Shown here in pieces: positions 45,486 through 57,776 of a stretch of DNA of 64,000 bases. The stretch's first letter is position 1, and the number at the start of each line of letters is the position of its first letter. The stretch lies in NCBI GenBank assembly GCA_030390025.1, contig CM059438.1, forward strand, positions 88,288,001 through 88,352,000. Direction: 5' to 3'. The notes beneath the pieces are model-generated. The model had not been told where the DNA came from. It worked only from the letters and a program-made list of their open reading frames with translations, and did not search any database. The translations under genes and the position numbers were made by a program. This stretch comes from Squalus acanthias. Its lineage: Eukaryota.

Positions 45486-48400
45486 GAAACCAGCGGGAAT
45501 TCAAACATTCTGCGCTGAGATCACCCTATGCGAGTCTGCACGGTGTATGCTTTTTCTTTGAATTTACACTTAAATTTGCTCAGTTTCTTTAAAATTTAAT
45601 GAAATTCACAGACTTTTGATGCACCTCCTCTGGCTATGTGAGGGTGCAACGGTGGCTCTCCTTCTCGGCCAGCCTGTCCTCCTCGTGCCTCACCCGATAA
45701 ACCAGCCGTGCCCCCTGGATTGGGAACATCTGCCTTGGGCGATCTACCCGCCCATTTACCCTCCCTCCCTGTGGGGTTGCCCACCGGATGACCCGTTTGG
45801 GATTACGAACAAGAACATCAACGTGCCTCATATGTGGCAAAGTGCACTGGTGTGTTAAAGGTGCTGGGCAAGCTGTTGACACCTGCTATTCCATATGGCT
45901 GCCTCCATCATTTTAATACAATTATTCGCTCAACTCCCTTGGATTGTTTTTAAAAACTTTTGCTTAAATAGTGCTTTCTCTCACCCCCTCCCTAGGATGA
46001 CTTTAATATTCCCAAGAGAGCTGGGATAGGATCCAGTTAGGAGATTCAGAGGTCAGCAGGTCTGGCAACACGAGGAGAGCCTGATTAACATTTATGAATA
46101 AAGATGAGTCATGTAAACACTACAAGGAAGAAATATAAATTTACAAGCCTCCATGTCCCCCCAAATTGAAACTGTTAATTTCACTCAATATGAATTTGGA
46201 TCCAGACTTTCCTTTTTAAACATTAACCCTCTACTTAGTCATAAGAGTAAAAATAAGTTTACTGCACAATCTCTCATCTTGAATAGCAATCCCAACCTTA
46301 AACGCAGGTAGATAAATGACTCTATGCCTTTAGTAGGATTATGGCAGTTTGGGACAAAGCTGGTGACTGGATCACCTGAAGCGGTTTGGATGATTGGATT
46401 TTTAAACTGACTACGAATGCTGATCTGTCTCACTGCATTGGTGAGCAGCGAGCTTGTGCAGATCACCAGAACACCACAAAGACATCATATACACTACCAA
46501 CAATAAGCACTGTGAGCAGCACAAAATTCAGAGGCACCAACAATATATGAAAAGCTCTGTCTGCTGCACTTCCCGTTGTAACTGTTTATATTTAGTAACA
46601 CTCAGACCTAGAGATACTACATAAGAAACGCAAGAACATACTAATAGGAGCAGGAGTGGGCCATCCGGCACCTCAAGCCTGCTCCGCCATTCAATAAGAT
46701 CACGGCTGAACTTCTACGTCAACTCCACTTTCCTGCCCTCTCCCCATATCCTTTGATTCCCTTAGTGCCCAAGAATCTATCGGTCTCGTCCTTGAATATA
46801 CTCACTGACTGAGCATCCACAGCCATCTGGGGTACAGAATTCCAAAGATTCACCACCCTGTAGGCTTGCAGTCCAATCAAGTTATTAGGCAAATAATTTT
46901 ACTTAGTAATAATCAGATCCGAGGGCCTCCCACTTAAAAATGTTTGGTGTGACTTGACTTTCCTCATTCAGATAGTTCTTTCGCTGTTTGGTGCAGGTGA
47001 ACTGACCCTATATATCTTGCACTCGGTCTCGTGCCAAACCCATCATCCACCGCAACTCTCCATCACACAGCCCAGGTTTCAGCCATTTTCTGCCAATTGT
47101 TAGCTGCTTACTACTCGCAGCTTAACGCTTTACCTCCAGCATCGACTAACTCTCGACTCTTTCCATCTTCCGTGTAGTGGTAAAATGCTTCCTGCATCAT
47201 TGTAGGATGAGATACCATCAGGTTTCCAACAGACAAACCACACCCTATGTGGATGTGTGGCCTATCTGCCTTCTTTCTTAATCGAATGCTGTGAATTAAC
47301 GTATGTGATCTATGTGTGTGTGCAGCCTATAGTTGTAAAAGTACAGTATTCACTGCTAGAAAAGACAAACATGCAACCTACTGGCTTTCAGGCCTTTGCC
47401 AACACTGCTCCAGCTAGCTACGTGAGAGTAGGCCAGGATGAGTCACTATCCAATTTCCCTTCTCGTGTGTCCTGGTGACTGAATCATTCAACAAACATCT
47501 GGATGTTGCGATAAGGCTTCTTTCCGTACAGATGAGCTAGGATGGGCCCTGTCTGAATACATTTTGCAATCAAAAGGGCTCAAAAGTACAATCTATTCTA
47601 GTCACATTGCTGGATAAATCTTTCGAAATAAATCTTTGCTGTGTTCAATGCAAAACAACAAATTCCGGAAGGAACTGCTTCGCACAAAAAAAAAACCTTT
47701 AGATCGATCGGCAACCTCTCTCACAGAGCTCGAACACACATTTCACAGTGTTCCTCTTGGATGACATCATTGCAGCATGACCATTTAGCACGCCCTGATA
47801 ATGATTACAGAGCAGTCCTCTGCAACGATGCCCTTGTCTGTTTGTACAAGTCTGTTTAGAAACATACTAAGGGGATAAGTATATCTCCTCACAGTTTAAA
47901 TACAGTATAAAGGCAATGTAAACGTGCTACACCTTTTATTTTTACACTACTTTACAACAGGGCACTCAATTAAAACAGTTTTGACTAAATTTTCCTCCAA
48001 TAGATTTTTTTTTGGCCAAACGAGTCACCGACATGCACAAAGCCATCACCATACCGACTCCAAAACAAACTACTGAGAAATCCACATATAGTTTCCATTT
48101 GGCCAATATGAAGTGCACACTCTCTCCACATAGGGGCATCAAAACTGAGATGAGGAGAAACTTCTTCACTCAGAGGGTAGTAAATCTATGGAATTTGCTA
48201 CCTCAGAGGGCTGTGGAAGCTGCGACATTAAATAAATTTAAAACGGAGATAGACAGTTTCCTAGCTGATAAGGGAATTAAGGGTTATGGGGAGCGGGCAG
48301 GGAAGTGGACGTGAGTCTAGGTTCGGATCAGCCATGATCCTATTGAATGGCGGAGCAGGCCCGAAGAGTCGTATGGCCTACTCCTGCTCCTACTTCTTAT

Positions 48401-50794
48401 GTTATGTTCTTATGTTATGCCCCAGTTACCCAAGCCCACAGAGCTTAGGTGCAGGTTGACAAGAGGCAAGGCCTAGCAGGCTCTCCAGAGATGCTGCTGG
48501 AGTTTCGTCCGCTCAAACCTTGCAGCTTACCCGCACAGAGCACTGGTAAGTTTCCCACCACTTGTCTAGCCAGGACCACCCTACTAATTAGGTCACCGGA
48601 TTTCACAGTTATCTGACGCCAATTGGGAAGAATCCCAGCTCCCAGTGACAGGGTGTGCCCTTTCAGGTCCCATTAATGAGCCAGGCTGACTGGCCTATCG
48701 TCAAAACAGTGCTTTGGAATAGTTACAGACCAGGCTTGGCTCAGGAATTGAATTACCAAATCTGCTACATCGTGGATCAACTCAGTTCCAATCTTCCACC
48801 ATCCCGAGACCCTACTCACCTGCCAAGGAGGGCAGCCACGAGTTGGGCATTAGACAACTACCAAATGCAGGGTTGAGTCCTTGCTAGATGGACAGCCGAT
48901 ACCAGGTGTTACAAGAATAGCTGCACTAATTACCTTCACGTGCATGGATGCTTTGCCACCATCCTCCTGACTACAGCATGGTCACACCATACCCTACACA
49001 GGTATGGAGCTCCAGGCCCGATTCCTTACTTTATGAGCACTTATTCTCATATCCAGGTAATGTCTTCCAAGCAGCTGTGATCCAAAGCCAAACAGTTTCA
49101 TTAACAGCCATACAACAGACATCAACCTACACAGGACCTACACAGTGCAGTTTCAGACATGTCAGCCAACCTTGATGTTCTAGATATTTAGAAATCCAAT
49201 GTGGTGTACCAGGCACGTTGCTACAAGTTGAAAATTAGTTTAATCTGGTTACACATCCTCAAACATTCCGGTCTTACTTGAAAATACAGCCTGTTCATCT
49301 ATCACCCCATTCCTTGCCAAGCACAATTGGCACCCTGTCCCTTGAAGGACAATAAGTTTGCGTAATGTAATAGACCAGAATGTAAAAGATTAATTAGGGT
49401 CTCAACAGGGATCATGCAGCTAACTTGAGCGATTTGATGGAATTTGCTAGTTTAGTGTAGTTATGCTTTGTTTTTATATAAAAGGTTACTAAGTAAATTG
49501 CAGAAGTGTAGACTTCTAACCTTTTGTTTGAAAAGCATGATGATATAATTTTGAAGCCACAATGCACTACTGTACATGCTGGCCAAAGGTGGAGGTAAAT
49601 AAACTTTTGAACTGAAACGGACTCAGACAGCACTAAAGGAAGAAATGCTTTTGTTCATGAGTTAGAAATTCATCTCAGTAAATGAAATATAAGCAGAAAC
49701 AGCTCATTAGTTAGGAATTTAGATTGTTATTGATAAGGTGTAAGTTGGCTTGTTAGTTGCTTCTTATATGGAATTGTTTTTAACTCTTTTGGGTCTAATC
49801 AGATAATGGACAGACATATAAGTTGTCATGAAGCAGTGATAAAAAGGTGTATAGGGAGATGGTCTGTACCTAGGGCAGGGATGTGTGGAGAACCTCCAGA
49901 GAGAGAGACATCGGCTGGCTGGTTAACTACTATACCCTGTAAGTATGGTTGCCCCATTATAGCATGTGTATATGCACTGTACATAAAATGTCTCAATGTT
50001 TCTAACTGCATCTGCTGCTCTTCCAACTCTGGTTGACTGTGCGTGGTTCCCTCCTCTGCTCCATCAGTGGCAGAACCTTCAGCCATCTCACTCCAGCCAT
50101 TCTGGATCTCCTTCCCTAAACCCCTTTACTTGCCAATAGTCCCCAACTTAAAAAGCCTCCTTAAACTTTTGGTCCTCTCCCCCAAACTTTTGCATACTTT
50201 TGGTATGCAAAACAGTTAGGGAGAGAAAGAGAGACTTAAACTTGGAACGACAATGATTCAGGTTAGAATAGCCCAGCAGAGACAACCTCGAAGACCAGAC
50301 CAAAGGTCAGCCAATTGTTTAGTTAGGGAGTAAAAAACTTTAATGTAGCTTAATATTTGTCCAATGGAGAAATTGAAAACAAAAGTTATGTAGATTTAAA
50401 AATAAAAATAAACACTTCAAATAGTTGCTCCTTTAACAGTATAAAATGGTAGACAAGTTATACAGTACTTTAAATGATTTGATAGTGAATTAAATACTTG
50501 TGCTCTGCTCCTCACAGTCTTTAATCCCACACCGAATCCTACTTGTACATAACTCTAATGCACACAAGGGATCAAGTCGAAATTTGTTTCAGCAACATAG
50601 CCAACCTCTTACATGCATGGCTTGATGCACGACATACTCCACTGTCATTTTTACATTTAAAATAATTTTCTGTGCCCCTCATTGGCCATCCCCATGTCAC
50701 TCAGCATTCCTTGACCGAGGTTGGCAGGCAACCTTCTTCTCCAGGCTTCTGCAACCAACCAATGGGAAGTGAACTAGGGCAGCCAAGAATCACT

Positions 50795-51222
50795 CTCGGT
50801 AGTATTGTAGGTTCAAGTCCCACTGCAGAGACTTGAGCACAAAAATCTAAGCTGACACTCCCAGTGCAGTGCTGAGGGAGTGCTGCACTGTCAGAGGTGC
50901 CGTCTTTCAGATGAGATGTTAAACTGAGGCCCCCTCTGCTCTCTCAGGTGGAGGTAAAAGATCCCATGGCACTATTTCAAAGAAGAGCAGGGGAGTTATC
51001 CCCAGTGTCCTGGCCAATATTTATCCCTCAACCAACATCACCAAAACAGATTATCTGGTTATTATCCCATTGCTGTATGTGGGAGATTGCTGTGCACAAT
51101 TTGGCTGCCGTGTTTCCTACATTACAACAGTGACTACACTTCAAAAGTACTTCATTGGCTGTAAAGCGCTTTGGGACATCCGGTGGTCGTGAAAGGCGCT
51201 ATATAAATGCAAGTCTTTCTTT
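50795..51222 (+). mobile_element. DeuSINE (SacSINE1-like); a more degraded copy follows at about 51320-51700
   Basis: Colinear with 21628-22073 from the B-box (ggttcaagtccc) to the tail. Confidence 0.88.
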
Positions 51223-52002
51223 TTGTGAATTCTTTCCTTTCCTCAACCAAAAAAGAGGTCAGTTTGGCAGGGTTGGTAAAAGCTGGCAGAGACAGAAGGT
51301 GATGATATCCCACACCGGACTTTGAGTACATAATCTGGGTGGACACTCCAGTGAAGTACTGATGGGGTGCTGCATTGTCAGAGATGCCACATTCTTTGGA
51401 CGAGACATTAAACCAAATTCCTGTAGTTCAAGTGGATGTTAAAGTTTCCATGGCTCCATTTGAATAGAATAATGGAATTCTCCTGATGTTCCTGCCAATA
51501 TTCCTTCCTAACCCAACATCATCAAAATAGATTAACTGGTCAGTCAGGTGTGGTTTCTGGACTCTTACTATGCAAATTGGCTGCTTCATTTGTCTACATT
51601 CCAACAGCCACTCCACTTAAAAAGTAATTCATTGTATGTGAAGCACTTCGGGATGTTTCGGCAGAAGTCATAAGATGCCAAAATACAAGTCTTTCTTTCA
51701 CCTTTTACTTCCTTTCCTTTCCCAGTCCATGGGGAATTGTGGGTTTATCATGCCACAATGAAACGCATGCAGCTATCTGAAGTGGCTACACCATAGCTCA
51801 AGATATTAAACTGCTGTTCCAAACAAAGCGTTGTGGTAGGAGCAATTGCAAGATGTAGCAATAGAATTTGGTATAAAGGTCATGTTTTAATTTCACCTGA
51901 ATATTTGGGTGCAACTTACACAGGTGCATGACCTAGTGACTGAATTTCACAGAAATTAGAAACCCACAAGGTACATTCTGACTATAACATGGATATTAAA
52001 AG

Positions 52003-52430
52003 GGGGATTGGACAGCCCAGTGGATCAGAAAGAGACACCTCTCACCTCTGGGACCGGTGAACAAATCCAGTCCTGACCTCTCACCTCTGGGACCGGTGTA
52101 CAAATCCAGTCCTGACCTCTCACCTCTGGGACCGGTGAACAAATCCAGTCCTGACCTCTCACCTCTGGGACCGGTGTACAAATCCAGTCCTGACCTCTCA
52201 CCTCTGGGACCGGTGTACAAATCCAGTCCTGACTGATGTGATGAAAATTTCCTGTTTGCTGGCTGTAAGAGTTCCATGTGAAATAATTTTACAGACAGTC
52301 GCAGACCACTTCCTGTTCGGCATGGTCCCACAGCACAACCCAGCTCAGTACTAATTAGCAATGTTACTTACAAAGGCCACAGCTGGTGTGGGAAATGGAA
52401 AAAATGGAGGACAGAAATCAACTTGATGAT
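52003..52430 (+). mobile_element. LF-SINE-like element whose head carries a tandem amplification
   Basis: ctctcacctctgggacc...aaatccagtcc..gatgaaaatttcc..gctggctgtaag..catgtgaaat..gtactaattagca, homologous to 26730-27000. Confidence 0.6.
52038..52232. repeat. 39-bp tandem repeat, 5 copies
   Basis: Unit CCTCTCACCTCTGGGACCGGTG(A/T)ACAAATCCAGTCCTGA; copies differ at one position only. Confidence 0.97.
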
Positions 52431-53241
52431 CAGTGCGCACTTAAAAACAATTTAGTTTTAAATGCCTTAAACAAAATAATAGGAAAGAGGTTTTCCTTTT
52501 CAGCAATAGCAGCCTGGCAAATTGCTCTGACATTTCAGTGTCTATCTAGTGGGCTCCAAGTACATTCAAAACACACCCATTCTCCTGAGAGAATCAGAGA
52601 ATGAATCACACAGCTACTGAGAATGATAACAAAAGTCTCCTCTCTCTCTCTCACACGACACTGATCTCCTGGAGTCTGGAATACGTTCAAGCGCGAGCTA
52701 TTTGAAACAACAGAACTTCTGTACATGCATTCAGTTCAACTTACCAGAAGGTTTTATGAGAGCAACTGAAAAGACCTTTAGATTCTTTTTCCAAAGTGAA
52801 AGACAATCCGAAGATCAACATTTTCCCATGATTGAGGTCTCATTTCGACAACTGTACACTTTGTAGCTGGTTTGAGGAGGGGGGGGGGGGGGGGTGGCGG
52901 GAAACTGTCCCAATGTAGATGATGCAGAGATTTTATTCTGACAATAGATGGGAAGAAAAATAAGCACCATCTCTTGTTTGCAGATTTGCACCATGAAGCT
53001 AGATTAGTATAAATATCTCGTGCCAGTTTTTTTTTACTGTGAAGACAAATTGCGCATGAAATTACCACCCTGCCATAGAAATCAACAGGAATGCAATACC
53101 AGGTTTTACAAGTGTCTCGTGTATGTGAATTTGGAGATCGTTCTCAGGTAATACACACAGTAAAGCAATCCTAATAATACAATAAACTAACATATATAAA
53201 TGTGTTCAAAATGTTAAAAACTCTGAGAAATTGCACTTTAC

Positions 53242-53334
53242 CAACTTAATTCTTCTCTACACAGTAGCTTCCCATTGTCAACATCCAGCACTCGGACAGG
53301 CCTGCCCAATGAACAACTGCACACCAAATAAAAC
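53242..53334 (-). other. Candidate 5' non-coding exon of LRRC8A
   Basis: Non-repeat 93-nt segment between ttttttttccaagccacttag| and TTG|GTAAAG; splice-signal inference only. Confidence 0.2.
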
Positions 53335-54124
53335 CTAAGTGGCTTGGAAAAAAAACCTTGTATTTTTAAAGGTTCTTCAACAATCCCCAATTCATATCAT
53401 TCATCGAGAAATCCCAAGTCTATGCAGCAACATTCAAAAACCAAGACAAAAATAAGCATTGCTGTGAAAGTTTACCCAAAATAGATGTTAAAATTCAAAA
53501 TCCAAACTGATGGCTAAATGTACAATTGAGTAGTCCCCACACGAGACTTCAACATGAATTACACTATTATATACCGCACCTTTAACTTTGGCAATACAAT
53601 GCCACGATAACAGTTGCTGAGATGGATAAGCTTGTTTATTAGTGAAGCTCGAAGCTCTTACAACAAATTCTTCTGCTAATTCAATCCAGCTTCAGCTGCC
53701 AAGACTTCACTTCAATAAACTGAGCCAGATTTTCCCACACACAACATTCAACGTGACCAGTAAAGATTCAGTGTCCTATCAACAACATGTTATTGTTTAA
53801 CGTTTCATAGCCCTTGGCTCATCGCATGGAAATAGATACACTAACCCCCCCACCCACCACCATTATGGTACCCATCATACTCAATCACAGAAGAGAGGTG
53901 CAGATGTAATTTTAAGACATGCAACACAGCTAGGGAGATGCAATAATGCACATCAATACTGTACAAACGACTAAATTACATAACCATAAAAAGAATTTCA
54001 GGAAGAAAATACTTTGTCAAACGGTTGAAAATATTCAATCTTCCATCTGAAACTCAATCATACTCAAGGTTTAAAAAAAATAGAAACTTTTATTATAGAA
54101 CTAACCCTCCCTACTGTGGCTGTG

Positions 54125-54500
54125 AGCACATAAAGCTAGGCTGACACTCCAGTGCTGTACTGAGGGAGTGCCGCACTGTCGGAGGTGCTGTCTTTTGGAT
54201 GAGATGTTAAACCGAAGCCCTGTCTGCTCTCTCAGGTGGACGTAAAAGATCCTATTCGAAGAAGAGCAGGGGAGTTATCCCCGGTGTCCTGGGGCTAATA
54301 TTTATCCCTCAACGAACATAACAAAAACAGATTATCTGGTCATTAGCACATTGCTGTTTTTGGGACCTTGCTGTGCACAAATTGGCTGCCACGTTTCCCA
54401 CATTACAACAGTGATTCCACTTCAAAAGTACTTAATTGGCTGTAAAGCGCTTTGAGGCGTCCAGTGGTCGTGAAAGACGCTATATAAATGCAAGATTTTT
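54125..54500 (+). mobile_element. DeuSINE (SacSINE1-like), 5'-truncated
   Basis: Colinear with the core and tail of 21628-22073. Confidence 0.85.
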
Positions 54501-56014
54501 TTTTTACTTGAGAGAAAAATACTGTGGGAACAAGATAGAAAAAAAATTCCTGAACGTGTTAGAGCCTCAACAGCAGCTGGTATTAATGCAGACGCTTACC
54601 TCTGAACCACTTCTCTATTCCTACAGATGTTGCAGACTTTCTTCCACACAACTAGAGGACATTTTAACAGCTGATCCCTTTCTGCTTACTACAGCTCATC
54701 TTTTAGAAACTGTGATGCAAATGCAAGTTTAAATATGATTTTTAAAGGCAATGGCTATTTTTAGAAACAAAATGTGTGTGAATGCAGCTGTAGGACATCT
54801 TACATCAACAACAGCATATGGCCCCAACACCTGGAGTGCTGCACTCAGCTACAGTAACAGGTTAGAAATTAAGGGCAGTCTGCAGTCCAGCTCCAACCTG
54901 CGAGCCTAGATCTGATGTCCTTGTCCCAGTGTACAGCATGTACATGTTAAAGTTGCTGAGGAGACACAGACGGTCCCTCATTAAACATGAGGAATGTGGC
55001 CCTTTCCTGAAGAATGCAATAGTTCTCGTTTGGATTGTCTGGTTAACCACTTTCAAGTTTTAGGGTTATTCTTTATTCTTCCTCTCCCCTCCGACAACCA
55101 TTTTCTCTACTTCTGGTCTCTCTGAGCCATGCGTCTCCCAACAGCTGGCATTAACTGGCTCCCACATCTTTGCAACCCCACGGCTGTTGAAGAACATGAC
55201 CGTGAGTGATCCATGGTTGATTCTACAATTTTCACTTTTTAAAAAAATGTTATTCGTTCACGGGATGTGGGCGTCGCTGGCAAGGCCAGCATTTATTGCC
55301 CATCCCAAATTGCCCTCGAGAAGATGGTGGTGAGTCGCCTTCTTGAACTGCTGCAGTCCTTGTGGTGACTTTGTCGCAGCGGTTTTGTACAACCGAGTGG
55401 CTTGCTCAGCCATTTCAGAGTCAACCACATTGCTGTGGGTCTGAAGTCACATACAGGCCAGACCAGGTAAGGATGGCGGGTTTCCTTCCCGAACGGACAT
55501 TAGTGAACCAGTTGGGTTACTTCCTCTCCTGAGTCACATGGCCTCCACGCAATGCCTCCCACACCAGAGCTACTGAGATTGGGAATTCAGTTTTGCATCT
55601 TACCACTCTATGGGGCTGCTCAGCAGTCTGTGTCCATTCGCTCTGGACTCAAAAGGCAGATGGTGTTAAAGTTGAATATTTATAATCAGCAGTCTATACA
55701 ATTTAAAATATTTAAATTGATGAAACAGGTTTAGATTTTTAAAATAATGATATCCATTTGAAAAGAACTATGTTATAGCCCTTTCCTCCTACCCCCACTG
55801 AATGCTGATTTCAGAATCGTACACAGCAAGCGACTGCAGCTCCACAAAAGGAAAAAAAAAATCAAAGCTGCCAAACCCTTGCTACAGGGAATATCATTCT
55901 AGGAAAAACAAGCACATTTTATTATTCAGGGAATCACCGTTATTATAGGTACGGCAAAGACATACCTCGATAAATATATAATCAAATATGGTTTCTGCTT
56001 GCTGAGTCACCTAA

Positions 56015-57513
56015 TCTGGCCATAATCTTCCAATCCTCCTTAGAAACAGGGGTGGTGCCAGAGGACTGGAGAATTGCAAATGTTTACACCCTTCTTCAAA
56101 AAAGGGTGTAAAGATAAACCCAGCAACTACAGGCCAGCCAGTTTAACCTCGGTAGTGGGGAAGCTTTTAGAAACAATAATCAGGGACAAAATGAACAGTC
56201 ACTTGGACAAGTGTGGATTAATTAAGGAAAGTCAGCACGGATTTGTTAAAGGCAAATTGTGTTTAACCAACTTGGAGTTTTTTGATGAGGTCACAGAGAG
56301 CGTTGATGAGGGCAATGCAGTTGATGTGGTGTACATGGATTTCCAAAAGGCGTTCGACAAAGTGCCACATAATAGGCTTGCCAGCAAAGTAGAAGCCCAT
56401 GGAATAAAAGGGACAGTGGCAGCATGGATATGAAATTGGCTAAGTGACAGGAAACAGAGAGTAGTGGTGAATGGTTGTTTTTTGGACTGGAGGAAGATAT
56501 ACAGTGGTGCTCCCCAGGGGTCGGTTCTAGGACCACTGCTTTTCTTGATATATATTATTGACTTAGATGTGGGTGTACAGGGCACAATTTCAAAATCTGA
56601 AGATGACACAAAACTTGGAAGTATAGTGAACAGTAAGGAGGATAATTCTAGACTTCCAAGAGGACATAGACAGGCTGGTGGAATGGGCGGACACATGGCA
56701 AATTTAACGCAGAAAAGTGAGACGTGATACATTTTGGTAGAAAGAATGAGGAGAAGAAATATAAACTAAAGGGTACAATCCTAAAAGGGGTGCATGAACA
56801 GAGACACCTAGGGGTATATGTGCACAAATCGTTGAAGGTGGCAGGGCAGGTTGAGAAAGCAGTTAAAAAAGCTTACAGGATCCTGGGCTTCATGAATAGA
56901 GGTATAGGGTACAAAAGCGTGGAAATTATGATGAACCTGTATAAAACACTGGTTCGGCCTCAACTGGAGTATTATGTCCGATTCTGGGCACCACATTTTA
57001 GGAAGAATGTGAAGGCCTTGGAGAGGGTGCAGAAAAGATTTACAAGAATGATTCCAGGGATGAGGGACTTCAGTTACGTGGATAGATTGGAGAAGCTAGG
57101 GTTGTTCTCCTTAGAGCAGAGTGAATTGAGAGGAGATTTGATAGAGGTGTTCAAAATCATGCGGGGTCTGGACAGAGTAGATAGAGAGAAACTGTTCCCA
57201 TTGGCAGAAGGGTCGAGAACCAGAGAACACAGATTTAAGGTGATTGGCAGAAGAACCAAAGACGACATGAGGAAAACCTTTTTTACTCAGCGAATGGTTA
57301 GGATCTGGAATGCACTGCCTGAAAGGGTGGTGGAGGCAGACTTAATCACGGCTTTCAAAAGTGAATTGGATAAGTACCTGAAGTAAAAGAATTAGCAGGG
57401 CTACGGGGAAAGGGTGGGGGAGTGGGACTAGCTGAAGTGCTCTTGCAGAGAGCCGACACGGGCTCGACAGGCTGAATGGCCTTCTTCCGTGCTGTAACCA
57501 TTCTATGATTCTA
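56015..57513 (+). mobile_element. CR1 LINE, 5'-truncated reverse transcriptase region with frameshifts
   Basis: NYRPASLTSVVGKLLE, SQHGFVKGK, YMDFQKAFDKVPH, GAPQGSVLGPLLFLIYI, EDDTKL, YKTLVRPQLEY; tail ttctatgattcta. Confidence 0.95.
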
Positions 57514-57545
57514 ATAATACATGAAACCATTGCACACAATTTCCC

Positions 57546-57776
57546 TTAATGTCTCTTCATCTCCTCCTTTGTTCCTTTATCCCCTCCCCCTTTTCCCAGC
57601 TTTACCCTGGCCTTAAATCTATTTGATTTCCAGCTCTTCCCAGTTCTGATGAAAGGTCATCGACCTGAAACGTCAACTCTCTTTCTCTCTCTACGGATGC
57701 TGCCTGGCCTGCTGAGTTTTTCCAGCGTTTTCTGTTGTTATTTTGGATTTCCAGCATCTGCAGTATTTTGCTATCG
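57546..57776 (+). mobile_element. Young Penelope-like retroelement end with TSD
   Basis: Flanked by CACACAATTTCCC at 57533-57545 and 57777-57789; its last ~133 nt are near-identical to 2512-2644. Older relatives at about 15803-15915, 59810-59890 and 60620-60865. Confidence 0.72.

Noticed and set aside
49826-50086. 86-aa ATG-initiated ORF MAEGSATDGAEEG...
   Set aside because: Begins in an L2 3' remnant; no recognisable homology.
56015-57513. Reverse transcriptase as a novel or domesticated system
   Set aside because: Ordinary truncated, frameshifted CR1 LINE; the same applies to 3506-6215.
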